A stretch of DNA of 64,000 bases from Octopus sinensis (GCF_006345805.1 NW_021833746.1:7766-71765), one strand, 5' to 3'; counted from the first letter of the stretch, positions 50,120-62,964 are shown. The notes: a model not told the origin generated them from the letters alone. Numbers and translations: made by a program.

Positions 50120-50668
50120 ATAATAAAAATCATACCTCCTCATTGATATGACTGTCCCAATCGATCTAAACGTACCTGTCAAGACCTACCAAAAACTGAG
50201 CAAATGTAAAGATCTTGAAATAGAAATCAGCAAAATGTGGAACCTGAAGACTAAAACAATACCTGTTGTCATAGATGCCCTGGGAGTGATAGCAAAAGGG
50301 GCTGATTGCTACCTAACTCAGATACCAGGAAACCCCAAAATGGCAGAAATTCAAAAGATAGTGCTCATGGGAACTGTTCATATCCTATGCAAAATACTTA
50401 CTATGTAATCTCAAGTTTTAAAACAAACATAATTTTCTTATGGTTTTTTTAAACATTCACTAGTACAACACTGAGTACAAAACCAAATATATGGCACCCT
50501 AGGCATAACACCAACACGAACTTCCAACTTGTTGTCTCTTGAGGTCTCTGGGTGAGACTTGGAGCTGACTTGTACAAATGTAAAGTAAAAGTCAAACATA
50601 GAATAATAATAATAATAACAATAACAATAATAGTAATAATAATGATAATAATAATAATAATAATAATA
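50120..50668 (+). mobile_element. R4/Dong-like RLE non-LTR retrotransposon 3' end with (AAT)n tail
   Basis: LIDMTVPIDLNV...QKLSKCKDLEIEISKMW...IPVVIDALG... is the restriction-like endonuclease C-terminus; stop at 50408, then UTR and (AAT)n. Confidence 0.8.
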
Positions 50669-51292
50669 AATGCCCTGATGCAGTACATGCCCTGATGCAG
50701 TACATGCCCTGATGCAGTACCAGGCAGTGGTTCTCATGCCCTGATGCAGTACCAGGCAGTGGTTCTCATGGCTTCTGATCTTAACTGATTGGAAGTGTTA
50801 TCATGTACATTGTTTTGTCTTGGTATAAAAGATGGGCTACAGCAAATATTCTGCTCAATACCACAGATTTGCTTGTCAGTTGTTTGACCGTAACCAGTTG
50901 AGCATGCCCCTTAGTGGCTGACGATATGTGCATCTCTGATCATGAGCAGAAGTAGTGGGGGAGCATCATAGCCATGTGTTGAGAGGGATTCTTTGGGGTT
51001 TGAATAGTTCACCTCTGGAAACATGGGTGGTTCTTTCAACATCCTTAAACAACCCTTATTCAGGGACCGTTTGAGCGGGATGGGCTAACTCAACCTGAAG
51101 AAAATTCTAACTGGGCCCCACCTGCAAGGTCATTGCTGTTTATCTTGATATGAGATCACCATGTCGCGCACATATGGTTGTGATGCATGTGCCTGGTGTA
51201 CCTTTATCAGACGGGTAGTCATGATGGGTATATTGGGCTTCGTATATTTTACCCCAGTGTCACTTTGATGGCATGAACTGCTCTCTCACTCA
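50669..51292 (+). mobile_element. Full copy of the (AAT)n-flanked ~620-bp non-coding element
   Basis: Bounded by (AAT)n on both sides; terminal motif tgccctgatgcagtac repeated four times; matches the copies at 23085-24125. Confidence 0.8.
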
Positions 51293-51559
51293 ATAATAAT
51301 AATAATTAGGTGGCGAACTGGCAGAATTGTTAGCAAAGCAAAATGCTTAGAACCATTTCTTCCCGACTTTACATTCTGAGTTCAAATTTTGTGTTTACGT
51401 CCCCCGTAACTTAGCAGTTTGGCAAAGACACTGATAGAATAAGTACTAGGCTTACAAAGAATAAGTCCTGGGGTCGATTTGCTTGACTAAAGGCGGTGCT
51501 CCAGCATGGCCACAGTCAAATGACTGAAACAAGTAAAAGAGTAAAAGAATATATATATA

Positions 51560-51970
51560 TAGGAGTGGCTGTGTGGTAAGTAGCTTGCTTACCAACCACA
51601 CAGTTCCGGGTTCAATCCCACTGCGTGGCACCTTGGGAAAGTGTCTTCTACTATAGCCTCGGGCCGACCAAAGCCTTGTGAGTGGATTTGATAGACGGAA
51701 ACTGAAAGAAGCCCGTCGTATATATGTATATATATATATATGTGCGTGTGTGTTTGTGTGTCTGTGTTTGTCACCCTAGCATTGCTTGACAACCGATGCT
51801 GGTGTGTTTACATCCCCATCACTTAGCGGTTCGACAAAAGAGACCGATAGAATAAGTACTGGGCTTACAAAGAATAAGTCCCGGGGTCGATTTGCTTGAC
51901 TAAAGGCGGTGCTCCAGCATGGCCGCAGCCAAATGACTGAAAGAAGTAAAAGAGTAAAGAGTAAAAGAGT
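51560..51970 (+). mobile_element. SINE-A full-length copy (extra tail at 51390-51548)
   Basis: Family consensus. Confidence 0.9.
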
Positions 51971-52429
51971 ATACAGATATACGTGTATATACAAATACAT
52001 TTACATACATTCACACATATGCACAGATATATATGTGTGTGTGTATACATATATATGTATATATGTACATATATGTGTGTGTATGTGTATGCACATATAT
52101 ATATATATATGCATGTATCAGAAAACCCTCCTCTCTCACGCACCCACACACACACACAATGCACGTGTAACATATTTATAATCATTCAAGTATGTGCATA
52201 CGCATGTACTCATTCATATACAGACACATCTTGTCCTCAATTCTTTCCCTCCGCCCCCAGAGGGGCAGGGCATGCCACCATCCAACGCCCCCCCCCGTCC
52301 TCCGTTCTCCGCGTGTTCCGCTCCAGCACTGGAGTGTATCATAGCTGTAATTGATTTCACTTCGTTCACAACACACTGTAATTCATTACTGTGCATTAGC
52401 ACGCATGCAGACACATGCGCGCGCACACG

Positions 52430-52530
52430 CAGAGGCATATGTATATACATACCTATATACATATATATAAATATACTTACATACATACATACATATATAG
52501 ATATATATTATAACATATATATATATATAT

Positions 52531-52596
<66 letters not shown>

Positions 52597-52634
52597 CAAT
52601 ATATATATCTATATATATATATATATATATATAT

Positions 52635-52728
<94 letters not shown>

Positions 52729-52979
52729 TATACATATATTATAATATAAATATATATACAGATATATACATACATACATATATATATATGTACACAGATA
52801 TACATACATTATATATATATATACAGATATACATATATATATATATATATACATACATACATATATATATATGTACACAGATATACATACATATATATAT
52901 ATATATATATATGTATGTAATATTATATATTAAATATATATATATTATATACAGATATATACAGATATATATGTATATA

Positions 52980-53054
<75 letters not shown>

Positions 53055-53801
53055 ATATATTATATGCACACGATAACCTGCCATAATTCTTTGGGCTGAC
53101 ACCCAGCTCAATGTGTGCGAGTATTTCTCTCTCCCCCCTCCTTTCCTTTTGTGTATATGTTTACATATATCTGTATGCATATACGTATACGTTGGTATAC
53201 GTTTATATATGTATATGTGTGCATACACACACACACAACACTCACATGTATACATACATGCACAAACATATGCCTATGTAGTTAGCTGACTATATAATTC
53301 TTTAATTTTCATCAATATATTCGTGTGTGTGTGTGTGTGTATGCATGCATATATATATATATAACGCGTATGTGCATTATGTGCGTGTGTGTGTATATAT
53401 AATACAACACACATGCACACACACACACGTACTCATATATATATTATATATATATATATATATAATATATATCTCCTACATATATTACCTACTCACAAAC
53501 ACTGAAGCCTATTTAGACACAGACATACAGAACTTTACCCTAATTCTTTAAAACACCTCAGCTATGTTAATAGGACTCCACCCCCCACTTCTGTTTCACT
53601 AGAACTCCTCCCTCTCCCCTCATTATATATATACATATATATATATATACATATATATATACATATACATACATATATATGTTATATAATATATATATAT
53701 ATAATATAGATATATATATATATATACACATATATATATATGTCCATATATATTATATTATTTATATATATATATACACATATATATATATAACATACAT
53801 A

Positions 53802-53837
<36 letters not shown>

Positions 53838-53935
53838 TATACACATATATATATATATGTACATATGTAATATATATATATATATATATATATACATATT
53901 ATTATGTATGTATATATATATATTTATATCCTCAC
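52430..53935. repeat. (TA)n-rich tracts
   Basis: 52430-53065 and 53625-53930. Confidence 0.9.
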
Positions 53936-53959
53936 AGTTATGAAGTGTACAGATGGTTT

Positions 53960-54595
53960 TTCTTAAGTGTGCAATGTCTCTCTCTCTCTCTCACACACTC
54001 TCTTTTTCTCTCTCTCTCTCTTTATTTCATTCCCTCTCTTTCTCTTGTCTGCCTCTCTCCTCTGTCTGTCTCTCTCTGTCTTTCTATTTAACTTTCCTTT
54101 TCTTCCTTCTTCTGTCTGTCTGTCTGTCTCTGTTTTTCTCTCTTCTAAATTCTCTGTCTTTGTCTCTCTCTCTCCTTCTCTCTCTTTCACTGTCTCTGTC
54201 TTTGTCTCTCTCTCCTTCTCTCTCTCTCTCTTATTCATTCCCTCTCTTTCTCTTGTCTGCCTCTCTACTCTGTCTGTCTCTCTCTGTCTTTCTATTTAAC
54301 TTTCCTTTTCTTCCTTCTTCTGTCTGTCTGTCTGTCTCTGTTTTTCTCTCTAAATTTCTCTGTCTTTGTCTCTCTCTCTCCTTCTCTCTCTTTCACTGTC
54401 TCTGTCTTTGTCTCTCTCTCTCCTTCTCTCTCTCTCACTGTCTCTGCCTTTGTCTCTCTCTCTCCTCTCTCTCTCACTGTCTCTGTCTCTCTCCCTCCCT
54501 CTCTCACTGTCTCTGTCTCTCTCCCTCCCTCTCTCACTGTCTCTGTCTCTCTCCCTCCCTCTCTCACTGTCTTTGTCTCTCTCTCTCTCTCATAT
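53960..54595. repeat. (CT)-rich tract with a ~208-bp duplication and 36-bp units
   Basis: ttcattccctctctttctcttgtctgcc at ~54026 and ~54234. Confidence 0.85.
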
Positions 54596-55129
54596 CTTGT
54601 TTTATGTATGTAAGAAGTTAAGTAGGTAACAGATAACCACCCCAGAACTGCTACAATGCTACCACCACCACCACCACCACCACCACCACCACCACCACCA
54701 CACCACAACCACGACTACCACCGCCTCAACCACCAACACTAATGCTACACTATATCACCACCACCACCACCACAACTGACTGTCACCACCATCACCACCA
54801 CTATCAGCCACTGCCATCATTCCATGACCACCACTTCCCACAAGAGCCACTGCTACAGCCATCACCACAACCATCACCACCATCACTGCCTCCACCAGCC
54901 ACTACTGCCATCATTACTACCACCACCACCACCACCACCACCACCACAACCACTGCCGCCGCCACTACCACCTCCACCACCGCCGCCGCCACTACCACCT
55001 GCACCGCCGCCACAACCCCCCCTCCCTTTACAGGTTCAGGCCATAAAAACAACAACCTCTTTTCCCACCACTAACATCAATTTTCCACATTCAATTTCAC
55101 AGATGAGCTTCGAATAACAACAGCAGTAG

Positions 55130-56360
55130 TAGTGATGGTGGTGGTGGTGGTGGTGGTAGTAGTGGTGATTGATGGTGTTGAAGGGGGGTAATGATGGTAG
55201 TGATGGTGGTGGTATTTTTTTAGTGGTGGTAGTGATGGTGATGGTGGTGATGGTAGTGGTGGTGGTGATGGTGGTGGTGATTGATGGTATTGAAGGGGGT
55301 AATGTTGGTGGTGGTGATGATTGATGTGGTGGTCATAATGATAATGTTGGTAGTAGTAGTAGTAGTAGTAGTGGTAGTGGTAGTGATAGTGATGGTCACA
55401 GCAATTGTAATGGTAGTGGTGGTGGTGTTAATATCAGTGATGGTGGTGGTGGTGGTAGAGGTGGTTGTGATGGTGATGGTTGTGGTGATGATTGATGGTG
55501 GTGGTTGTGGTGGTAGTAGTAGTAGTGGTCATAGCGATGGTAGTGGTGGTGGTGGTAGAGGTGGTTGTGATGGTGATGGTTGTGGTGATGATTGATGGTG
55601 GTGGTTGTGGTGGTAGTAGTAGTAGTGGTCATAGCGATGGTAGTGGTGGTGGTGGTGGTAGAGGTGGTTGTGATGGTGATGGTTGTGGTGATGATTGATG
55701 GTGGTGGTGGTGGTAGTAGTAGTAGTAGTGGTCATAGCGATGGTAGTGGTGGTGGTGGTGGTAGAGGTGGTTGTGATGGTTGTGGGGGGGGGGGGTTGTG
55801 GTGATGATTGATGGTGGTGGTTTGGTGGTAGTAGTTAGTAGTGGTCTAGCGATGGTAGTGGTGGTGGTGGTGGTAGAGGTGGTTTGTATGGTGATGGTTG
55901 TTGGTGATGATTGATGGGGTTGGTGGTTGGTTAGTAGTAGTAGTGGTCATAGCGATGGTAGTGGTGTGGTGTAGTAGTAGAGGTGGTTGTGATGGTGATG
56001 GTTGTGGTGATGATTGATGGTGGTGGTTGTGGTGGTAGTAGTAGTAGTAGTCATAGCGATGGTAGTGGTGGTGGTGGTGGTAGAGGTGGTTGTGATGGTG
56101 ATGGTTGTGGTGATGATTGATGGTGGTGGTTGTGGTGGTAGTAGTAGTAGTGGTCATAGCGATGGTAGTGGTGGTGGTGGTGGTAGAGGTGGTTGTGATG
56201 GTGATTGTTGTGGTGATGATTGATGGTGGTGGTGGTGGTAGTAGTAGTAGTAGTGGTCATAGCGATGGTAGTGGTGGTGGTGGTGGTAGAGGTGGTTGTG
56301 ATGGTGATGGTTGTGGTGATGATTGATGGTGGTGGTAGTAGTAGTAGTAGTGGCAGTGGT
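55130..56360. repeat. GGT/GAT/AGT minisatellite, about nine ~103-bp units
   Basis: ggtagaggtggttgtgatgg...ggtcatagcgatgg recurs from ~55454 to ~56330. Confidence 0.9.
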
Positions 56361-56599
56361 GTTAATGTTGTTGGTACTTAATAAGTTACAGTATTGGCAC
56401 CAGCTGCAGTACAGGTTGTTTGATTAGACACACAGAACAGGCCCTGTAGTTGATAAGATCACCTTGCATCCACATGGTTTCAGGTTCAATCCCATTGTCT
56501 AGCAACTCAGGCCAAGTATTCCATTCTACAACCCCAGGTCAACTTAAGCATTGTGAGTGGATTTGGTAGACAGGAAATAAAAGAAGCCAATTGTGTTTT

Positions 56600-56672
<73 letters not shown>

Positions 56673-56773
56673 CATATGTACATACAAGACCAAAAAGGGT
56701 ACGGGCACCGCTATATATATATATATGTATATGTAAAAGAATACAAACTGAGACGATAGAAAAGACACAGACA

Positions 56774-56895
56774 GGACATTCGAAGCCTTCAATCTTCAGT
56801 CAAGAACCGGATCATCCTCGCAATTTCAAGATTAATGAGCCGAAATTGCGAGGATGATCCGGTTCTTGACTGAAGATTGAAGGCTTCGAATGTCC
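56774..56895. repeat. Perfect 54-bp inverted repeat, 14-nt spacer
   Basis: 56774-56827 vs 56842-56895; degenerate extension outward. Confidence 0.95.
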
Positions 56896-56994
56896 CGTCA
56901 GTGTTTTTTGTATCGTCTTCTAAATGTTTTGCGTTCTTGTCCCAGTTTGTATTTTTTTACATAAACAAACATATATATATATATATATATATAT

Positions 56995-57415
56995 AGGCAC
57001 AGCAGTAGCTGTGTGATAAGCAGCTTGCTTCCCAACCACATGGTTCTGGGTTCAGTCCGAATGTATGTCACCTTGGGCAAGTGTTTCCTACTATAGCCTT
57101 GGGCCGATCAAAACCCTGTGAATGGATTTGGTGGACGGATACTGAGAGAAACCCGTTGTGTGTGTGTGTATATCCTTGCTTTGACTTTGCATGATATTTC
57201 TGAATGAGTACCACTGTCGTACAATCTGTTGCCATTCATTTCCAATATCCTACCAGAGCATCTGTTCACAGGGAAATGTATTGCCTTCCTTGGAAACAGG
57301 CAAGTGTTGATGGCAGGAAGGACATTGTTCCATAGAAAACCCTCTTTAACAAATCCTGTCCAACCCATGCAAGTATGGACAAATTGATCTTAAAACAATG
57401 TTGATGATGATGAAC
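56995..57415 (+). mobile_element. SINE with SINE-A-type head/core but RTE-type 3' tail
   Basis: Head and core as in SINE-A; ends gtccaacccatgcaagtatgg...gatgatgatga like 59490-59535. Confidence 0.65.
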
Positions 57416-57770
57416 TAGTGTGTTTTGAGGTAGGGCCTTTCATATAACAGAGACAGTCCATCATGTACTGTTGTGTCACTGGCTGAGTATATCTGAGACC
57501 TTGCTTGTTTGCTTGGAAGTCCCTTGGCTCCAAAGAGACTAATGGCATCTCTTCAAGTTGGTACCTGACACATGCTTGATGAACATGCTTACGTGAGCAG
57601 AGCCTGAAAACCAAGTGGCAGAGTTTTCCATGGCTTGGACAAGGAACTGATGAGGTGCATGGTGTAGGCGATCTAGCAGCAGCTACAACACGCCTCACTT
57701 GGCACTCATTGACCCATTGACGACACCTTGTCTTCACGGCTTCACATGCCGGATGGCGGATGATCTGCTA
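57416..57770 (-). mobile_element. Degenerate RTE/BovB-like LINE 3' remnant
   Basis: Minus strand includes PTPCTSSVPCPSHGKLCHLVFRLCS, resembling the terminal Cys/His knuckle. Confidence 0.45.
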
Positions 57771-57999
57771 TCTGAGGGCTCAGTGTAATCTAATGGTTAA
57801 ATCAGTTCATATTGAGGCTTGATCTTTTAATTACAGGAACAGTCCATTTTGTATGATATTGTTAGTGGCTGAGTATACCTGAGACTTATTCACTTAATGT
57901 AATCTTCTGATAGAATCAGTATGTGTTGAGGCTGAATCTTTTAATAATAATAATAATATTAATAATAATAACAATAATAATATGCTGAGTCACTATCAG

Positions 58000-59532
58000 A
58001 ACTGGAGGAGAAGTTCCAGGTGTGGAAGGAGGGTTTAGAATCGAGGGGCCTTAGAGTCAACCTAGCTAAAACCAAAGTACTAATAAGTAGAAAGGTAGGC
58101 AATCCACAAATGTCCTCAGGAAGATGGCCCTGCTCGATCTGTAGAAAAGGTGTAGGTAGAAACTCTATAACATGTACCCAGTGTAAGCTATGGACACATA
58201 AGAGGTGCAGCAATGTCAAAGGTAGGCTAACTGGGAAGATAGTTTTATATGTGGCAGATGCTCGGGAGCATTGACCTCCGAAAATCTGCAGAAAACAACT
58301 TCCGTCACTTTCCAGGGGGAAAAATTAGAAGTAGTTGATAGCTTCCGTTATCTAGGTGACCAAGTCAGTAGTGGGGGTGGGTGCGCTGAGAGTGTAACTG
58401 CTAGAATAAGAATAGCCTGGGCAAAGTTTAGGGAGCTCTTACCTCTGCTGGTGACTAAAGGCCTCTCGCTCAGAGTAAAGGGCAGACTGTATGATGCATG
58501 TGTTCGAACTGCCATGCTACATGGCAGTGAAACATGGGCCGTGACTGCTGAGGACATGCGTAAGCTCATGAGGAATGAAGCCAGTATGCTCCGATGGATG
58601 TGTAATGTCAGTGTACTTACTCAACAGAGCGTTAGTTCCCTGAGAGAAATGTTGTACCTAAGAAGCATCAGTTGTTGCGTGCAAGAGAGACGATTGCGCT
58701 AGTATGGTCATGTGGCGAGAATGGATGAAGATAGGTGTGTGAGAAAGTGCCAATCCCTAGCAGTTGAGGGAACCCGTGGAAGAGGTAGACCCAGGAAAAC
58801 CTGGGACGAGGTGGTGAAGCACGACCTTCGAACGTTAGGTCTCACCATGGAAATGACTAGAGACCGAGACCTATGGAAGTATGCTGTGCGTGAGAAGACC
58901 CGGCAAGACTAGTGAAGCCATAACCCGTGGCCCCTACCTGGGACGTAGTCAGTCCACCTGTGCATACCTTCCTGCTTGTGACACTTGTGAAGACCTGTTG
59001 AGGCAAATCAAATCAAAGTCAAATCGAATCAAGTCAGACCAAATCAAAATAGATGAACATCAATGGAATTTGTATCCTTGTGGTACCAGTGCCGGTGGCA
59101 CATAAGAAAACCATCCGAACGGGACTGTAGCCAGTACCGCATCGACTGGCCTCCGTGCCGTGGGCACGTAACAAACACCATCCGATCGTAGCCGTTCGCC
59201 AGCCTCGTCTGGCACCTGTGTCGGTAGCACATAAGAAAAACACCGAAAACACCATATCCGAGCGTGGCTGTCTGCCAGCCTCATCTGGCACCTGTGTCGG
59301 TGGCACATAAAAAACACCATCCGAGTGTGGCCGTCTGCCAGCCTTGTCTGGCACCTGTGTCGGTGGCACATAAAATCACCCACTACACTCTCGGAGTGGT
59401 TGGCGTTAGGAAGGGCATCCAGCTGTAGAAACACTGCCAGATCTGACTGGCCTGGTGTAGCCTTCGGGCTTGCCAGACCCCAGTTGAACCGTCCAACCCA
59501 TGCTAGCATGGAAAGCGGACGTTAAACGATGA

Positions 59533-59535
<3 letters not shown>
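58000..59535 (+). mobile_element. 5'-truncated RTE-clade LINE (RT C-terminus, Cys-rich insert, long 3' UTR)
   Basis: WKEGLESRGLRVNLAKTKVL...LEVVDSFRYLGD...RRLR*YGHVARM...RGRGRPRKTW; frameshift ~58245, stop 58700-58702, ORF end 58912, UTR to the (GAT)-type tail. Confidence 0.9.
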
Positions 59536-59575
<40 letters not shown>

Positions 59576-59604
59576 TAATAATAATGATGATGATGATGAC
59601 GACG

Positions 59605-59953
59605 ACAAAAGCTCACAGAGAGCACAAACCTCTGTCAAGACAACACCAATGTCCTCTCAATGATTAGCCAGAGATGATTTTCAGAATGAGAATATCTGAA
59701 ATAAACTCGTCTGCTCTCACAAACGAGAATACTAAAAATGAACCTGACTGGTCTCAAAAATTAAGTAAAAAAACCGGAAAAATAATCCAGAATCCTTGTC
59801 TGGTACCGGATCGATCCCAAAATCTAATTAGTTTATGCTAGTCACAAGGCCAAACATCCCTGAAAGTTTCTTCTGAATCCATCCAGCAGTTCTTGAGATA
59901 TCTTGTCCATGGTCAAACAAGTAAATTAACACGACTGAAAACAAGACCTCCAC
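59605..59953 (+). mobile_element. Possible Helentron-associated (DINE/HINE-like) non-autonomous element, 3' end replaced
   Basis: Begins aagctcacagagagcacaaacctctgtcaag and ends aaaacaagacctccac; resembles recalled subTIR-bearing elements. Class is inference. Confidence 0.35.
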
Positions 59954-60310
59954 CTCGAGGAATGTGAAGACGCAGGCTGGAAAGCGGAACATTTTCCTAT
60001 CGAGGTCGGATGTAGAGGGTTTGTCGGACACAGCGTGAGACGACTGTTGTTATTGCTAGGCCTAACTCATCGTAAAGTCAATACCACCATGACTGATATC
60101 CAATCTACAGTGGAGAAGGCTAGCCACTGGATTTGGTTAAAAAGAGACGATGAGCGATGGCTAGAAGTATATTGAGTTCTTCATAACCAGCTGATCTAGC
60201 AAGCAGGGCCTCATATCAGTGAGGGGGGGGGCCGGTGCGCATTGATGCCGTCGAGAGGTAGGCCCCCGAAACGGCGCGCATTCTCTCCTGATGACCCCAT
60301 ACTGTTGCTG
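59954..60310 (+). mobile_element. HERO-like RLE non-LTR retrotransposon 3' fragment
   Basis: 59954-60175 reads LEECEDAGWKAEHFPIEVGCRGFVGHSVRRLLLLLGL...VEKASHWIWLKRDDERWLEVY*; the EVGCRGF and ASxWxW motifs are recognisable. No ATG, so absent from the ORF track. Confidence 0.75.
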
Positions 60311-60796
60311 GCTTCCTGTATGCGGAGTTCTCGACTGGTAGTACTTGCATGTTGAAGTGTGTACATGTGTGTGCGTACGTTTGCGTTTTCTCGTCTTCAA
60401 CATATTTCGTGTTACATCATTTCTTTTCAAGAAGTGTAATTTAATACGGAGCTTTTAACTTGCATGTGCAAGTTGTTTGCAAGATATCAACAGGTTCAGG
60501 TGTAGCTGTGTGGTAAGAAGCTTGTTTCATAACCATATGGTTCCGAGTTCAGTCCCACTGCGTGGTACCTTGGGCAAGTATCTTCTACTATAGTCTCAGG
60601 TAGACCAAAACCTTGTGAGAGGATTTGGCAAATGGAAACTGAATGAAGCCCATGTGTGTTTCTATGTCATTGTCCTCCGCCGCTTCTTGACAACCAGTGT
60701 TGGTGTGTTTATGTCCCTGTAACTTAGCAGTTCAGCAAAATAGATCGTTAGAATAAATACTAGGCTTTAAAAGCAGAAACAAAAAATTAAAAATAC

Positions 60797-61219
60797 AAGC
60801 AGGAGTGGCTGTGGTAAGTAGCTTGCTTACGAGCCACATGGTTCCGGGTTCAGTCCCATTGCGTGGCACCTTGGGCAAGTGTCTTCTACTATAGCCTCGG
60901 GCCCACCAAAGTCTTGTGAGTGGATTTGGTAGACGGAAACTGAAAGAAGCCCATTGTATATATGTATATATATATATATGTATGTATGTGTGTGTGTGTA
61001 TGTTTGTGTGTCTGTGTTTGTCCCCCAACATCGCTTGACAATCGATGCTGGTGTATTCACGTCCCCGTAACTTTAGCAGTACAGCAAAAGAGACCGATAG
61101 AATAAGTACTGGGCTTACAAAAGAATAAGTCCCGGGGTCGATTTGCTCGACTAAAGGCGGTGCTCCAGCATGGCCGCAGTCAAATGACTGAAACAAGTAA
61201 AAGAGAGAGTAAAAGAGTA
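60797..61219 (+). mobile_element. SINE-A full-length copy (older copy at 60495-60770)
   Basis: Family consensus. Confidence 0.9.
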
Positions 61220-61499
61220 AGTACTCTGGTTGATTTGTTTGACTGAAATTCTTCAAGGCAAGTGACTGCTCCAGCATGGCTGCTCTCTAGCGACTGAAAC
61301 CAGTAAAAGAAGATAAAAGTAATAATACCACTACAACAACACTGCAACATCAATAACACTGCAACCACAGCTACATGACCACCCTCTCTCCTCCACTCCA
61401 CTCCACTCCACTCAGCTGTGCTTTATAGAGGTCAACAGTGGTGTTAGCTAATATTAATTAATATTAATTAATGAAATGAATCTCTAAACACATTTGCTT

Positions 61500-61549
61500 C
61501 CTCCCACCCATCCTTCTGTCCTGCCACCCTTTCTTTCTTCCTTCCTTTC

Positions 61550-61581
<32 letters not shown>

Positions 61582-62395
61582 TTTCTCTTTCTTTCTTTCT
61601 TTCTTTCTTCCTTTCTTTCCTTCCTTTCCTTCTTTTTTCTTTCTTCCTTTTCTTTCTTCTCCTTCTTTCTTTCTTTCTTTCCTTTCCTTTCCTGCTTTCT
61701 TTCCTTTCTTTCCTTCTTTCCTTCCTTCCTTTCTTTCCTTTCTTTCCTTCCTTCCTTCCTTCCTTCCTTTCTTTCTCCTGTGCCTGCCCACCCCACCCTC
61801 TTTCCACCCCCAGTCTTCCTCCTTTTATTCTACTGTAGCTCCTTCCTACCTTCAAACTCCCACCACACACACACACACACACTCATACACACTCACACAC
61901 ACATACACACTCACACATGCACACACACACATACACACACATACACACACTCGCACACACATACACACTCACACACGCATACACACTCACACACACATAC
62001 ACACTCACACGCGCACACACACACTCACACACGCACATACACACACACTAACTATTGTTCTTCTCTCCTCTGCCTCCTCCTCTGCCACCTCCTCCTCCTC
62101 CTGTTGTAACTGTTTCTATTATGGTTACTCTTACATTTGTTGTTGTTGTTGTTACTGTTGTTGTTGCTCCCAGTGTCCGCTGCAACAACAGCAGCAGCGG
62201 TACTGCTGCTGCGGCTATTAATCTTATCCTAAACAGACCAAGACAGATTAACAGTCTAGTGAGCAGCAGAGGTGTCTGGAGACTTTACTGACCACTAGAT
62301 GGCCATTTACCGTCGTCCGACAGATCCAATCCGTGCAGCTTCATTGGCAACTCAAGGAAAGGATGGGATAGTTCTTGTTTTTTTGTTGCTTTATC

Positions 62396-62468
<73 letters not shown>

Positions 62469-62612
62469 TCCTTTTTGTTGTTTTGGCTTTCTTCCCCAAA
62501 CTTCTACATTACAATGCAGTTCACACTTTGTTGTTTATGGTCAGAAGAATTCGCTATGTGTGTGTATGTATGTATGTATGTATGTATGTATGTATGTATG
62601 TATCTATCTATC

Positions 62613-62648
<36 letters not shown>

Positions 62649-62680
62649 GTCTATCTATCTGCCTATCTATCTTCTATCTG

Positions 62681-62729
<49 letters not shown>

Positions 62730-62761
62730 GTCTATCTATCTGCCTATCTATCTTCTATCTG

Positions 62762-62793
<32 letters not shown>

Positions 62794-62933
62794 CCTATCT
62801 ATCCATCTATCTATCTATCCCTCAGTCAATCAATCAATCAACCGATCAAGCTATCTGTCTGTCTGTCTATCTATCTACCTATCTATCTATCCCTCTCTCA
62901 ATATCTCAATCAATCAAACAACCAATCACTCTA

Positions 62934-62964
<31 letters not shown>

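Noticed and set aside
60255-60300. GAAAC...CTGATGA as a type II hammerhead in the HERO-like 3' UTR
   Set aside because: Stem II cannot form (C-run on both sides) and no stem I or III is evident.
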